64,000 bases of DNA, taken from the NCBI GenBank assembly GCA_963664405.1, contig OY761158.1:4992001-5056000 (forward strand), read 5' to 3'. A program made the translations under genes and the position numbers. The notes beneath the pieces are model-generated. The model was not told the DNA's origin and ran no database searches. It worked only from the letters and a program-made list of their open reading frames with translations. Source of the DNA: Thermoanaerobaculia bacterium. GTDB taxonomy: Bacteria > Acidobacteriota > Thermoanaerobaculia > Multivoradales > Multivoraceae. Of the stretch, positions 19,636 through 29,332 are shown piece by piece; the first letter of the stretch is position 1; each line of letters starts with the position of its first letter.

Positions 19636-20591
19636 CGGAGGAGGTAGCCGGTCTTGAAGATCTGTCGCAGCTGGTCCGACAGAGGCTGGTCGGTCCTGGC
19701 CCTGATGTAGCTCCAGTGGCGCTTCCGGCATAACGACTCGAATTGCTGATGCTGCTCGCTCAGAAGGTCGCGATAGTCGAGCAGGGTGTCGTGACTGGCG
19801 TTGATCAGGGCTTCGCCGCCGGTCTCGACGTCGACGAGTAGGGCTCGGCCGGCGAGACGAGGCTCTTCTTCCAGAGCTGACGCGATCCGAATCGCCATCA
19901 GGTCGAAGCCGGCGCCGAAGCGTTGGAGAGCGCTCTGCGCAGTCGCGTCGAAGAAGTCGGAGATGATGATCAGCAGGCCTCGCTTGCGGGGGCTCTCGAG
20001 AAAGCTGATGAGCGCCCGGTCGTGCGCCGTTTCACCCGCCGGCGTCAGGCCTTCGAGGTGGCGAAACACTCGATGGATCTCGTTGGGGCCGCGTAGTCCC
20101 CGCAGCTCCGAACCGGTGGTGGTCGAGTAGGTGACCAGGTTGACGCGGTCCAGGTTGCTGAGGCCGACATAGACCAGGGCTGCCGCGAGTCGACGCGCGA
20201 GGTCGAACTTGGTCTGGGCGTTGCCGTCGCCGGCCGCATCGAAGCCCATCGAGGCGCTGGTGTCGAGGAGCACCGCGATGGGGAGCTCGGTCTCTTCCTG
20301 AAACATACGGATCAGCAGCTTGTCGAAGCGAAGGTAGGCCGGCCAGTCGACGAAGCGCAGTGAGTCGCCGTCGACATAGGGGCGATAGTCGGCGAACTCG
20401 ATGCCGGAGCCCCTTCTCTTCGAACGATGCTCCCCACGGAGCGCACCTGGCGTAAGGCGACGCGAGACCAGGCGGTAATGATCGAGCTGGGCGAGGAAGT
20501 GCCGGTCGAAGAGCCCCTCACGACCACCCTCCGACGGGGTCGGGCCAGTGCCATGGGAGTGGCGCCAAGGGGTCGGCAGAGACCAGGGCAA
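19632..20591 (-). CDS. DUF58 family protein (MoxR-associated); start uncertain
   Basis: GEHRSKRRGSGIEFADYRPYVDGDSLRFVDW, LLDTSASM, ISDF. The ORF-track start at 20621 lies inside the MITE; the first in-frame start outside it is TTG 20591. Confidence 0.88.
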   Translation of the reverse strand: MPWSLPTPWRHSHGTGPTPSEGGREGLFDRHFLAQLDHYRLVSRRLTPGALRGEHRSKRRGSGIEFADYRPYVDGDSLRFVDWPAYLRFDKLLIRMFQEETELPIAVLLDTSASMGFDAAGDGNAQTKFDLARRLAAALVYVGLSNLDRVNLVTYSTTTGSELRGLRGPNEIHRVFRHLEGLTPAGETAHDRALISFLESPRKRGLLIIISDFFDATAQSALQRFGAGFDLMAIRIASALEEEPRLAGRALLVDVETGGEALINASHDTLLDYRDLLSEQHQQFESLCRKRHWSYIRARTDQPLSDQLRQIFKTGYLLR

Positions 20592-20592
20592 G

Positions 20593-20759
20593 CTAGACCA
20601 GCGTTTCCAAAGTTCGCGCACCCTATCTCGGCCCCTTCTGCCCGCTGGCTGCGTTTCGCCTCCTCGACATATTGCCCAATATGCCTGCGTCGGCGCGCCT
20701 GGCCAGCGAACAGAATGGGCTCGAGCTATGCAACACGAACTTTGGAAACGCTGGTCTAG
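20593..20759. mobile_element. 167-bp MITE-like element with perfect 24-bp terminal inverted repeats, CTAG at both ends
   Basis: ctagaccagcgtttccaaagttcg (20593-20616) and cgaactttggaaacgctggtctag (20736-20759). Confidence 0.8.
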
Positions 20760-21733
20760 GTAACCTGATCGAGGATGTCGGTGATCAGCTTGTTGGTACT
20801 GATCCCTTCGGCCTGACCTTCGAAGTTGAGCAGGATGCGGTGGCGCAGAGTCGGGAGGGCAACCGCATGAAGATCTTCGACCGATACATAGGGGCGGTCG
20901 TTCTGAAGGGCACGGACTTTGGCGGCGAGGACTATGGATTGCGTTCCGCGGGGGCTGGCGCCGACGCTGACAAAGCGTTTGATGGCCTCAGGAGCGTCAC
21001 TCTCCTGGGGGTGCGTGAGCAGCGTGGCCCGGATTGCAACATCGAGAACGTCGTCGGCGATCGGCACCGAGCGCACCACCCGTCGCAACTCGATGATCGA
21101 CTCTGCGTCGAGAACCGTCTTCACCTCCGGGGTCTGGGTCCCGGTCGTCCGATTGAGGATCTCCCGTAGCTCCTCGGCCGACGGATACTGCATTTCGAGC
21201 TTCATGAAGAAGCGGTCGAGCTGCGCTTCGGGAAGGGGATAGGTGCCCTCCATCTCGATCGGGTTCTGGGTGGCGAGAACGAAGAAGGGCTCGTCGAGTT
21301 TGTGGCTGGTGCGGCCCACCGACACCGTTCGCTCCTGCATCGCCTCGAGCAGCGCCGACTGGGTCTTCGGTGTCGCACGGTTGATCTCGTCGGCGAGAAG
21401 CAGGTTGGTGAAGACCGGGCCGGGGCGAAAACGGAGGGCTCGACCGCCGTGAGCGTCCTCCTGGAGAATCTGGGTGCCGATGATGTCCCCGGGCATGAGA
21501 TCGGGGGTGAACTGCACTCGGGAGAAACCGATGTCGAGGACCTCAGAGAGGGTGTGGGCCAGTTGCGACTTGCCGAGGCCTGGAACGCCCTCGATCAAGA
21601 CGTGGCCGTCTGCAAGTAGACAGGTGAGAATCGCCTCTACGCTTTCGGTCTGGCCTACGATCACTCGACCGACTTCGTCGATCAACGCCGCGAAGCTGGT
21701 ACGGAAATCTGCCAATCGACTTTCGGGATTCAT
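20756..21733 (-). CDS. moxR: MoxR-family AAA+ ATPase
   Basis: GHVLIEGVPGLGKS, RVQFTPDLMPGDI, LLADEINRATPKTQSALLEAMQE, ATQNPIEMEGTYPLPEAQLDRF; ATGA overlap at the start. Confidence 0.95.
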   Translation of the reverse strand: MNPESRLADFRTSFAALIDEVGRVIVGQTESVEAILTCLLADGHVLIEGVPGLGKSQLAHTLSEVLDIGFSRVQFTPDLMPGDIIGTQILQEDAHGGRALRFRPGPVFTNLLLADEINRATPKTQSALLEAMQERTVSVGRTSHKLDEPFFVLATQNPIEMEGTYPLPEAQLDRFFMKLEMQYPSAEELREILNRTTGTQTPEVKTVLDAESIIELRRVVRSVPIADDVLDVAIRATLLTHPQESDAPEAIKRFVSVGASPRGTQSIVLAAKVRALQNDRPYVSVEDLHAVALPTLRHRILLNFEGQAEGISTNKLITDILDQVT

Positions 21734-23121
21734 GGCTCGGCGTCTTCCTCTCTCGGTCCTGCCGGTGCGAAGTAGTTCAGAAGTAGGGAGCGCCACGCTG
21801 GCTCGACCTGAAAGGGCTCGAGGCTCGAGTCGACTCCCCGCCAGTCGCCTCGCCGCGCCAGCTCCAGGCCGAGCTCACTGTCTTGCTCGCGGCTGGACCG
21901 CCAACGACGGTCTTTGCTGTCTGGATCTTTCTCCTCTCGCTCACGGAGCAGGGCCTGCTCCAGGGTCACGAGGTAGTCTTCGCTGGCTTCTCCGAGGAGC
22001 GTGCTCTCTCCGCCGTCGTTGGGCGTGCCAGGCTCGTCGCCGCCCTGTGCGCCTTGTCGAGGTATGGCGCCGTCGCTAGGCACCTGGCCATCGGCCGCCT
22101 CTGATTGCGGAGTAGTCGGCTCGCCCTCGGCGGATGAGGCCTCCGAGGATTGCTCTTCGTCAGAGGTGCCGGCGTCTCCGCTTGGCGATCCCTGCGAGTC
22201 GTTCTCCTGGGCGTCGCTCGACGCCGCATCTTTCGGGTCACTGGGTTGGCGAGAGTCGATTCGACGCCGCTCGAGCTCATTGAAGGCGTCACCAAGCGAA
22301 TCGTGGGAGGGAAGTTGGAGGAGCTTGAGAGGTGAATCCGCATCGTCGGCTTCGTCCCCCATGGCGGGGCCGCTCAAGATCTCCGGTAGCGCCTCGAGAA
22401 TCTCGGTCGACAACATCCCCTCGTCGCCCTCCTCGATCTGGGGGAGGTAGATCTCGGTCAGCTTCAGGTCCTCTCCGAGCCGTAGGCGGCGGGAGGACTC
22501 AGTCCGAGACTCCTCCTCCTCGCCGTCACTCATCTCGGCCGCCGCTACCGCCCCCGACTGGCTTCCTGGCGGCTGAGACTCTGCAGCCCCGGGTAACATG
22601 GCGATCCGGTTCGAGCTCGTCTGGAGGAGATTGACACGCGGCATCATCCATACTGCGACGAGGAAAGCGAGCGCTCCCCAGAGCGCCCAGGGGACGATCA
22701 GAGGTACCAGGCGTTTGAGATCGATTCGAGCGAGTGCATGCGATGCGCGCTCGCGAATGAGACGATGCCAGCCAAAGGGATCTTCGGCTTGCGGGCTGAG
22801 ACTGACGGCGGTGAGGAGCAGGTCGTCGAGCTCGGCCTCGTGGTCGATGATCCGAGCTCCGGCGCTGACTGCAGACCGCGGTGGGAAGAAGAGGGCGGCG
22901 CCCAGTCGGACGAGCGCGGCGGCAAGCACAACAAGTACCAGCACGACGATGGTTGTGAGAACGGTCGCCGGCGCGCCGGTCGGGGGAGCGAGGCGCAGCA
23001 GCAGTGACGAGATCGCGGCCGCGGCCAAGAGCCAGATCAGCGGGGAGGTGCCTTCCGCCCAGCGTCGACGTCGGTATGCCGACAGCAATGGCTTGGTTAT
23101 AAGACTCAATCGCTCATCCAC
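21730..23121 (-). CDS. Hypothetical membrane protein with acidic low-complexity C-terminus (first gene of the MoxR operon)
   Basis: 463 aa; three hydrophobic segments; ends ..WRSLLLNYF..; coupled to moxR. Confidence 0.7.
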   Translation of the reverse strand: MDERLSLITKPLLSAYRRRRWAEGTSPLIWLLAAAAISSLLLRLAPPTGAPATVLTTIVVLVLVVLAAALVRLGAALFFPPRSAVSAGARIIDHEAELDDLLLTAVSLSPQAEDPFGWHRLIRERASHALARIDLKRLVPLIVPWALWGALAFLVAVWMMPRVNLLQTSSNRIAMLPGAAESQPPGSQSGAVAAAEMSDGEEEESRTESSRRLRLGEDLKLTEIYLPQIEEGDEGMLSTEILEALPEILSGPAMGDEADDADSPLKLLQLPSHDSLGDAFNELERRRIDSRQPSDPKDAASSDAQENDSQGSPSGDAGTSDEEQSSEASSAEGEPTTPQSEAADGQVPSDGAIPRQGAQGGDEPGTPNDGGESTLLGEASEDYLVTLEQALLREREEKDPDSKDRRWRSSREQDSELGLELARRGDWRGVDSSLEPFQVEPAWRSLLLNYFAPAGPREEDAEP

Positions 23122-23157
23122 TCATTGACCACCAACCGAAGGGGAAGTCCCCCCAAG

Positions 23158-23517
23158 CTACGAATATAGCGCGCCGGACGGTCTCAAGGACCAAACCTCT
23201 TCGGCTCCGATCGCTTGCCGCAGTGGCTCCACAGAGGCAGGGAAGCAAGCCAGGGAGCCGGCCGAGAATAGATGAGTTGCACATTTGCAGTCAGAAGCGC
23301 CGAAGCCTTTCGGAGCCGCGATGGGCACGCCGATCGATTCCAGCGCCGCGGCCCATGCGCATTCGAGGCGCTGCGAATCATAGGACACGAACGCGAGTAG
23401 TGGTTCTGCCTCTTGTCGGAGGTAGTCGACGTGCCAGTGGAGTCGATCGACAGGTCGGGCGTGGCGGCGCAGTCTAGCCGCCGGGCCGCCCGGGCCCCGT
23501 GCACTCCCCACGTACAC
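23158..23517 (-). pseudogene. 5'-truncated DUF123/GIY-YIG-type nuclease
   Basis: YVGSARGPGG, RLHWHVDYL, ECAWA, GFGASDCKCATHLF; the usual N-terminal portion is missing. Confidence 0.7.
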
Positions 23518-23686
23518 ACTTGTGTGACTGGGCGTTGGTCAAGACCGTCGTACCCTCGGGCACGAGACTGGAATGGGCGATGAAGACGATGGGCTGTCCA
23601 GGGAAATCGAACTGATAGACAAACTGATCCGTTGTCATCCCAGGCTCCGGCTGAACCACCGATGCACCGCCGAGCTGTCGAGCGGC

Positions 23687-24090
23687 GGCACCTCGACCGG
23701 CTACTCCGGGATCTGGTTCGGCTTGGCGCGCGCAAGACCGGGGGCACACTCACGACTTTCGAGATCGATCCCCAACGAGCGGCAACCGCGCGTGCGAACT
23801 TCGAGCGTGCAGGGTTGAGTGAGCTCATCACCCTGATCGAGGGAGATGCCCACGACAAAGTGGCCGCGGTCGAGGGCCCCATCGACATCGTCTTTCTCGA
23901 TGCCGACAAGGATGGCTATATCGACTATCTGAACAAGCTCTTGCCTCTCCTCCGCGACGGTGGGCTGGTGATTGCCCACAACATCACCCCTCGAATGGCC
24001 GACCCCGCCTACATGGAGGCGATCACCACGAATCCCGATCTGGAGACGATCGTGCGCGATGGCGTCGGCTTGACGCTCAAGAAGAGGTAA
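23687..24090 (+). pseudogene. 5'-truncated, frameshifted O-methyltransferase (family 3)
   Basis: GTSTGYSGIW in one frame, then TTFEID..IEGDA..DIVFLDADKDGY..GGLVIAHN in another. Confidence 0.75.
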
Positions 24091-24112
24091 AGAAGGGCTC
24101 GCCGCCGCCGAG

Positions 24113-25033
24113 CTACCTGAAAGCGGAGATCACCTCTTCTTCGAACTGCTTCAGGCGCGCCACGTCTCCGGACCTGATTGCGCCGAAGATGACCTCGGCG
24201 ACACCGGCCTCCTCGAACTCGCCGATGCGGTCGACTACGTACTGGCGCGAGCCGGCGACGGTGCCTGGGCCGAGCGAGGCTGTGACGCGCTCGATCATCC
24301 CCGTGTCCTCGGTCAGATAGCAGGGCATCATAACCGTCCTGCGAATCTCAGCCGGATCGCGACCGCAATCTACACAGTGTTGCTCGAGGATCCCGGCCTT
24401 GTACTTGTAGTAGTCCAGAGCCAGGCCTTTCCCAGCCCAGCCATCCAGGTTCATGACGTCGCCGTACCTCGCCAGGGTGCGCAGCGTCCGCTTGGGGCCG
24501 CTGCCGCCGACCATGATCGGGATCGGCCGCTCGTATGAGCCGGGTGAGAGAGGTGCCTTGTCGAGCTGGTAGTACTTGCCGTTGTAGTCGACCGGCCCGT
24601 CGGAGTGGATTAACAGCCGAATGAGCTCTACCGCCTCCTCGAAACGATCCTGGCGCTCTTTCATCGTCGGGAAGGTCCAGCCGTAGGCGTCGTGCTCACG
24701 TTCGCACCAGCCGGCGCCGATCGCCAGGGTGAAGCGTCCTTCGGTCATGGTGTCGATGGTGCCGGCCATCTTGGCGACCAGTGCCGGGTTGCGATAGGTG
24801 TTGCCGATGACCAGGTTCCCGAGTCTCAGCTTCTTGGTCATGCCACCGGCGAAGGCGATGGCCGAGATGCCTTCGAACGCAGTCAGGGACTCATTCTCGA
24901 GGCTGGCGCGGGGCGGTACGAAGTGGTCGGCGAACCAGACACTGTTCCAGGGGCCGGCCTCCATGGCTTCGACGGAGGCTCTCACCGCCTCCCACTCGGT
25001 CTGATAGACGCTTACCTGTACTCCAAAATCCAT
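24113..25033 (-). CDS. LLM-class flavin/F420-dependent oxidoreductase
   Basis: VWFADHF, LRLGNLVIGNTYRNPALVAKMA, GRFTLAIGAGW, IMVGGSGPKRTL. Confidence 0.9.
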   Translation of the reverse strand: MDFGVQVSVYQTEWEAVRASVEAMEAGPWNSVWFADHFVPPRASLENESLTAFEGISAIAFAGGMTKKLRLGNLVIGNTYRNPALVAKMAGTIDTMTEGRFTLAIGAGWCEREHDAYGWTFPTMKERQDRFEEAVELIRLLIHSDGPVDYNGKYYQLDKAPLSPGSYERPIPIMVGGSGPKRTLRTLARYGDVMNLDGWAGKGLALDYYKYKAGILEQHCVDCGRDPAEIRRTVMMPCYLTEDTGMIERVTASLGPGTVAGSRQYVVDRIGEFEEAGVAEVIFGAIRSGDVARLKQFEEEVISAFR

Positions 25034-25087
25034 GCTTCGAGTCTCCTCTCGTTTCGTCGTCGACGGCGGTCGGTGGGCTTTGGGCGC

Positions 25088-25718
25088 CTACGACCCCGGC
25101 GCTCTTGTGATCTTGAATTGGCCGAGCACCGACGGATCGGCAGTGAGCTCCTGGTCACCTTCGGGGAAGTCGTTCCGAGCCATGATGTAGGCGAGGATTC
25201 TGACATAGGTCTGCGCTGGAAGGCTATTGGGTGCATTGGGCGGCATTGCACTCTGCATCGCGGTGAAGAGCTCGCGGAGGGATTTGTTCTCCCAGACGAA
25301 TTGAAAGCTCTCTCCGACCAGGCTGGGTGCTGTGCCGTCCCCCTGCAGATTCAGGAAGTGACAGGTGGAACAGGATCTTCGGTATTGCGCCCCTCCGAGC
25401 CTCGCCTGCTCGGCGGAGTAGGCTCCGGCCCAGACCGACTTCGTGGCCTCGACCACCGGGCTCGTGGCGCCGGTCACCGGGCTGGTCACCTCGACGCTCG
25501 CCGTAGCGGTCGGCATCACCCTCGCCCCTCGACCCGGCAGCGCGAAGACATGGATCGAGTTGCCGTTGTTCGGGCGACGGATGTGGGGCGTGAGATCTCG
25601 CGGCAGCATGGTCGACCAGCTGGCACCGCCGGTCCCCGAGGGGATCGCAATGTACTGCGTGCCGTCGGCCAGATAAGAGACCGGAAAGCCCTGGGCGGAG
25701 GTGGGCAGGCGCGTGTGC
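25088..25718 (-). pseudogene. 3' remnant of a PQQ-dependent dehydrogenase with C-terminal cytochrome c
   Basis: RLPTSAQGFPVSYLADGTQYIAI..IHVFALP, then SVWAGAYS..CSTCH..MPP; upstream part replaced by an MFS fragment. Confidence 0.75.
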
Positions 25719-26132
25719 CGAAGGCCTCGATGATCCAGCCAAGCACCAGAGCGCCGATGGGGGCGCTGCCGATCTGGCCGACGCTGAAGACCGAGAGCAC
25801 CCGTCCGCGGAAGGCGGGAGCCGCCGATTCCTGGACGATCGAGCGGGCGCGAGTCGAGGTCACCCCCATATTGAGGCCCCAAGAGACCGTGGCGACCACC
25901 AGCAGCCACCAGCTCGGCTCGATCCACAGCAGCATCAGAATCACCAGACGCGAGAGCTGCATGAGCAGAAACAGCCGCCCGGGTTGAGCGAAAGGCATCC
26001 AGCGCAGCATGGCGCCAGCGAAGAAAGCCACCATCATGCCGGCGAGAAGCGCGGCGTTGCCTCCGTAGATGCGCTTGATGTGAATGGGAAGACGGTCATG
26101 AAGGCGCCGGCGTTGAAGATAACTACGGCGAG
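25719..26132 (-). pseudogene. Internal fragment of an MFS transporter (frameshifted)
   Basis: Hydrophobic helices and RSIVQESAAPAFRGRVLSVFS; no own start or stop. Confidence 0.7.
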
Positions 26133-26137
26133 TACTC

Positions 26138-26200
26138 GAGCGTCGCCGGCTCCGGCGGGCTTGGGCCCAGATGATCAGGCGGATCTACGAGGTGGATCTC
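26138..26200 (+). pseudogene. IS91-family transposase C-terminal shard
   Basis: Translates ERRRLRRAWAQMIRRIYEVD, resembling the WAxLIxRxYEVDPL motif. Confidence 0.55.
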
Positions 26201-26336
26201 TCAGGTCCAGGCTGTCAATCCCTTCCTGATACTGGTCTTGATTCCTACCTTCACCTACCTCGTCTACCCACAGGTCGACAGATATACCAAGGTTACGCCG
26301 CTGCGAAAGATCGGGGCGGGCCTGTTTCTGACCAGC
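26199..26336 (+). pseudogene. POT/PTR peptide-transporter shard
   Basis: Translates SQVQAVNPFLILVLIPTFTYLVYPQVDRYTKVTPLRKIGAGLFLTS. Confidence 0.65.
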
Positions 26337-26413
26337 GTCGACAGTGGCGGGCGAGCACGCGGAGTTGAACTACAATGACCAACAAATGCTCGCCTCCGAA
26401 CCGAGGTCAATGA

Positions 26414-27775
26414 ATGAACGGTTCTCTTCAGAAAGCGACCAAAGTTTGCATCTTGCTTGCCGCTATTGCCTCTGCGCCATTGGCGCCCGCTATCTTCGCC
26501 GCCGAGCAGCCGAACATCGTGTTCATCATTTCCGACGACCACGACAACGAGCACCTGGGTTTCATGGGCAACAAGATCGTGCACACGCCGAATCTCGACC
26601 GGCTGGCTCGGGCGGGGACGGTGTTCACCCGCGCGCACCTACCGATGTCGCGCTGCCATCCGACGCTGGCAAGCTTTCTCAGCGGCCGCTGGCCTCATCA
26701 AACGGGCGTTTACCACAACTTCGGAACGAAGAAGCTCGACCCGACAAACTCGTTGCCCAGGCTCTTGAAAGACGCCGGCTACGCGACCTACGTCGAGGGC
26801 AAGTACTGGGAAGGCGATCCGAGAGGAATGGGCTTCACACATGGCAAAGGCGAATCGGGGAACGAGTTTGTGCGCAATGGACAGGCCGATCTTTTTGCGT
26901 TTGTCGACGAGGTTGGCGGGCGAGAACCGATGTTCATCTGGTGGGCGCCCAAGATCCCACACCTGCCACACGACCCGCCGCAAGAATACCTGGCGTTGTT
27001 CGACAAGAAAGAGATCCCCATGCCTGCTTGGATCGGCGAAGACCGTCGGGAATCGTTCCTGCAGAAGGAACACCTGAGCCTGGCGATGGAGGCGTGGCTG
27101 GACGACGGAATTGGCAAGCTCGAAAAGAAGCTGCGCGAAAAGGGAGTCTACGAAAACACCCTGTTCGTGTTTGTCATCGACAACGGCTGGTGCAACGGCT
27201 TGGTGTCGAAAGGTTCGCCGTTTGAAAAAGGCGTCCGCACGCCGGTGTTCTTCAGCTGGCCCGGCAAGATCAAAGGCGGGCAGCGTTTCGATGCTCTGAC
27301 CAGCACTTTGGACATCTATCCGACAATTCTGGATTACGCCGGCGCGAAGACGCCCGCTTCCGCCGCGGGGAACAACTTGCGGCCGATCATCGATGGCAAG
27401 ACAACCAAGAATCGCGAGCGCCTGTTCGGCGCGATCTACTCGGCGTTCGTGACGGAGACCGACGAGCGACCCGAGCGAGATATCTACGCGCTTTACGTCC
27501 GCGACGAGCGGTGGAAGTACATGTTCTTCCTGCAGGATGTCGTTGAAGAGCGCAACAGAAACTACTTCCGCATCCAATGGATCGAGACGGACTACCCCGC
27601 GCGGCGAAAGGGCGCAGAAGACCTGTACGACCTCCAAGCCGATCCGACGGAACGAACCAACCTGGCCGCGAAACCCGAACACGCCCAGCGGATGGCCGAG
27701 ATGCGCGAGGCCGTGCTCGCATGGTGGAAGGAAACCGGCGGCAAACCGATCGACGCGTTGGCAGAGAAGGACTGA
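26414..27775 (+). CDS. Sulfatase-family protein with atypical CHPTL motif
   Basis: Signal peptide, QPNIVFIISDD, HTPNLDRLA, RCHPTLASFLSG, GKYW, IDNG. Confidence 0.88.
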   Translation: MNGSLQKATKVCILLAAIASAPLAPAIFAAEQPNIVFIISDDHDNEHLGFMGNKIVHTPNLDRLARAGTVFTRAHLPMSRCHPTLASFLSGRWPHQTGVYHNFGTKKLDPTNSLPRLLKDAGYATYVEGKYWEGDPRGMGFTHGKGESGNEFVRNGQADLFAFVDEVGGREPMFIWWAPKIPHLPHDPPQEYLALFDKKEIPMPAWIGEDRRESFLQKEHLSLAMEAWLDDGIGKLEKKLREKGVYENTLFVFVIDNGWCNGLVSKGSPFEKGVRTPVFFSWPGKIKGGQRFDALTSTLDIYPTILDYAGAKTPASAAGNNLRPIIDGKTTKNRERLFGAIYSAFVTETDERPERDIYALYVRDERWKYMFFLQDVVEERNRNYFRIQWIETDYPARRKGAEDLYDLQADPTERTNLAAKPEHAQRMAEMREAVLAWWKETGGKPIDALAEKD

Positions 27776-27802
27776 GGGAGATCCGCTTGATTCGGATCTC
27801 CA

Positions 27803-29227
27803 TCAACTCGCGGCGTAAAGGCGCTCGGCGACGGCGGTCAGCTCTTTCACGATGCCGGAGTTGCCGGAAGCGTCGATGACGTTGTGGTGCTCGCCCGGGT
27901 CGGCCTCCAGGTCGAACAACTCCGAGCGCTCCCAGCTCAAGTAGTTGAGCTTCCACTTGTCGGTGCGCACCATTAGGATGGGCGGCTTGCCGACATAGCG
28001 GTTGTCCACCGTGAAAGAGCTATGGCAAAAGTAGTACTCCGAGTATGCGTGCTCGCGCTGCGTGTACGCTCCGCCTTGGACTAAGGGTGCAAAACTGCGG
28101 CCGTCGATCCCGGCGGGGCTCCCCAGCCCGCACAGCTCAGTCAGAGTTGGGAGCAGATCGACGTGCTCGATGATTTGCTTGCGGGCGGTTCCGGCTTCGA
28201 TCCGCTCCGGCATGCGCACGATCAGCGGCACGTTCACGCTCTGCTCGTACATGTTGTGTTTGGTCCACATGCGATGCGCCCCGGCCATCTCGCCATGGTC
28301 CGAGGTGTAGACGACCACTGTATTCTTGTCGAGCCCTAACTCGCGCAACGTGTCGAACACCCGCCCAAGGTTCGCGTCCATCTGGGAGATGTTGCCGTAG
28401 TAGCCGCGGATGGCGTCGCGCAGATCGTCGTCGGTCTGCTGATACCAGCCGCGGTCCTTCGCGCGAATCAAGTGCCCGACGAAGCCGCCCTCCAGCTCTT
28501 CTTCCGACCGCTCGGGCAAACTCAGACTGACCCCGTCATACATATCCCAGTACCGCTTCGCCGGAACCAGAGGCGTATGCGGCATGTAGAACGACGTCCA
28601 CAGGCAGAAGGGGCGGTCCTTGTTCTCGCGCAGAAAGGCGACCGACTCCTCGGCGTAGAAGGTATCGGGGAAGTACCTCTCCGGGGCCTTCGAGGTGGCG
28701 CCGCTCAGCCCGGTCGCGTACTCGCCGTCGGTGTACGCCGCGTATTGATCCTGTTGAAACTCCCGCTGTTCGGCCTCGGTGAGCCGGTTGAAGTGATCGT
28801 CGCGGTGGAGCCGGTGATCGAAGCCGTGCCGGCGGGTCTCGTCGACGAAGTGCATCTTGCCGATCGCGCCGGTGACGTAGCCGTGATCCTTGAAGTAGTG
28901 GGCGACCGTGCGCGCCTCGTCAGGCAGCGGGTCTCGCAGAATCTTCGCCCCGTGCTTGTGGGGGTGGAGGCCCGTGATGATCGACCCGCGGGCCGGGACG
29001 CAGACGGGTGCATTGCAGTAGGCGCGCTCGAAGCGGACGCCTTCGGAGGCGATCTCGTCGATATGGGGCGTCTTGGCTTCGTGGCTTCCGTAGCAGCCGG
29101 ACGCGGCGGTCTGATGTTGATCCGAGCACAGGAAGAGCAGATTCGCTCGCCGTGTCTGCGCAAAGTTGAAAAAGGGCCCGACAGACGCGGCGGCGACGCT
29201 CTTGACTGCTTGACGGCGAGTGATCAT
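27803..29227 (-). CDS. Sulfatase (choline-sulfatase-like), Tat signal
   Basis: MITRRQAVK twin-arginine, CVPAR, GKMHF, SDHGEM; start reassigned to ATG 29227. Confidence 0.9.
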   Translation of the reverse strand: MITRRQAVKSVAAASVGPFFNFAQTRRANLLFLCSDQHQTAASGCYGSHEAKTPHIDEIASEGVRFERAYCNAPVCVPARGSIITGLHPHKHGAKILRDPLPDEARTVAHYFKDHGYVTGAIGKMHFVDETRRHGFDHRLHRDDHFNRLTEAEQREFQQDQYAAYTDGEYATGLSGATSKAPERYFPDTFYAEESVAFLRENKDRPFCLWTSFYMPHTPLVPAKRYWDMYDGVSLSLPERSEEELEGGFVGHLIRAKDRGWYQQTDDDLRDAIRGYYGNISQMDANLGRVFDTLRELGLDKNTVVVYTSDHGEMAGAHRMWTKHNMYEQSVNVPLIVRMPERIEAGTARKQIIEHVDLLPTLTELCGLGSPAGIDGRSFAPLVQGGAYTQREHAYSEYYFCHSSFTVDNRYVGKPPILMVRTDKWKLNYLSWERSELFDLEADPGEHHNVIDASGNSGIVKELTAVAERLYAAS

Positions 29228-29332
29228 TCTGAGCACATTGTAGTTCAGCCGAATCCGTCCGCGGCCGACACCGCACTGCTGGCTTGCTATGCTCTCCGTG
29301 GCGGAATGGCCGAGAATGGAGGCTACAAGCCC

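Noticed and set aside
25088-26037. Genuine MFS-cytochrome c fusion protein
   Set aside because: The two parts are in different frames and each is a truncated piece of a larger protein.
28472-29332. N-terminal extension of the 782-aa ORF
   Set aside because: It overlaps the opposite-strand sulfatase; the signal peptide and RBS support ATG 29333.
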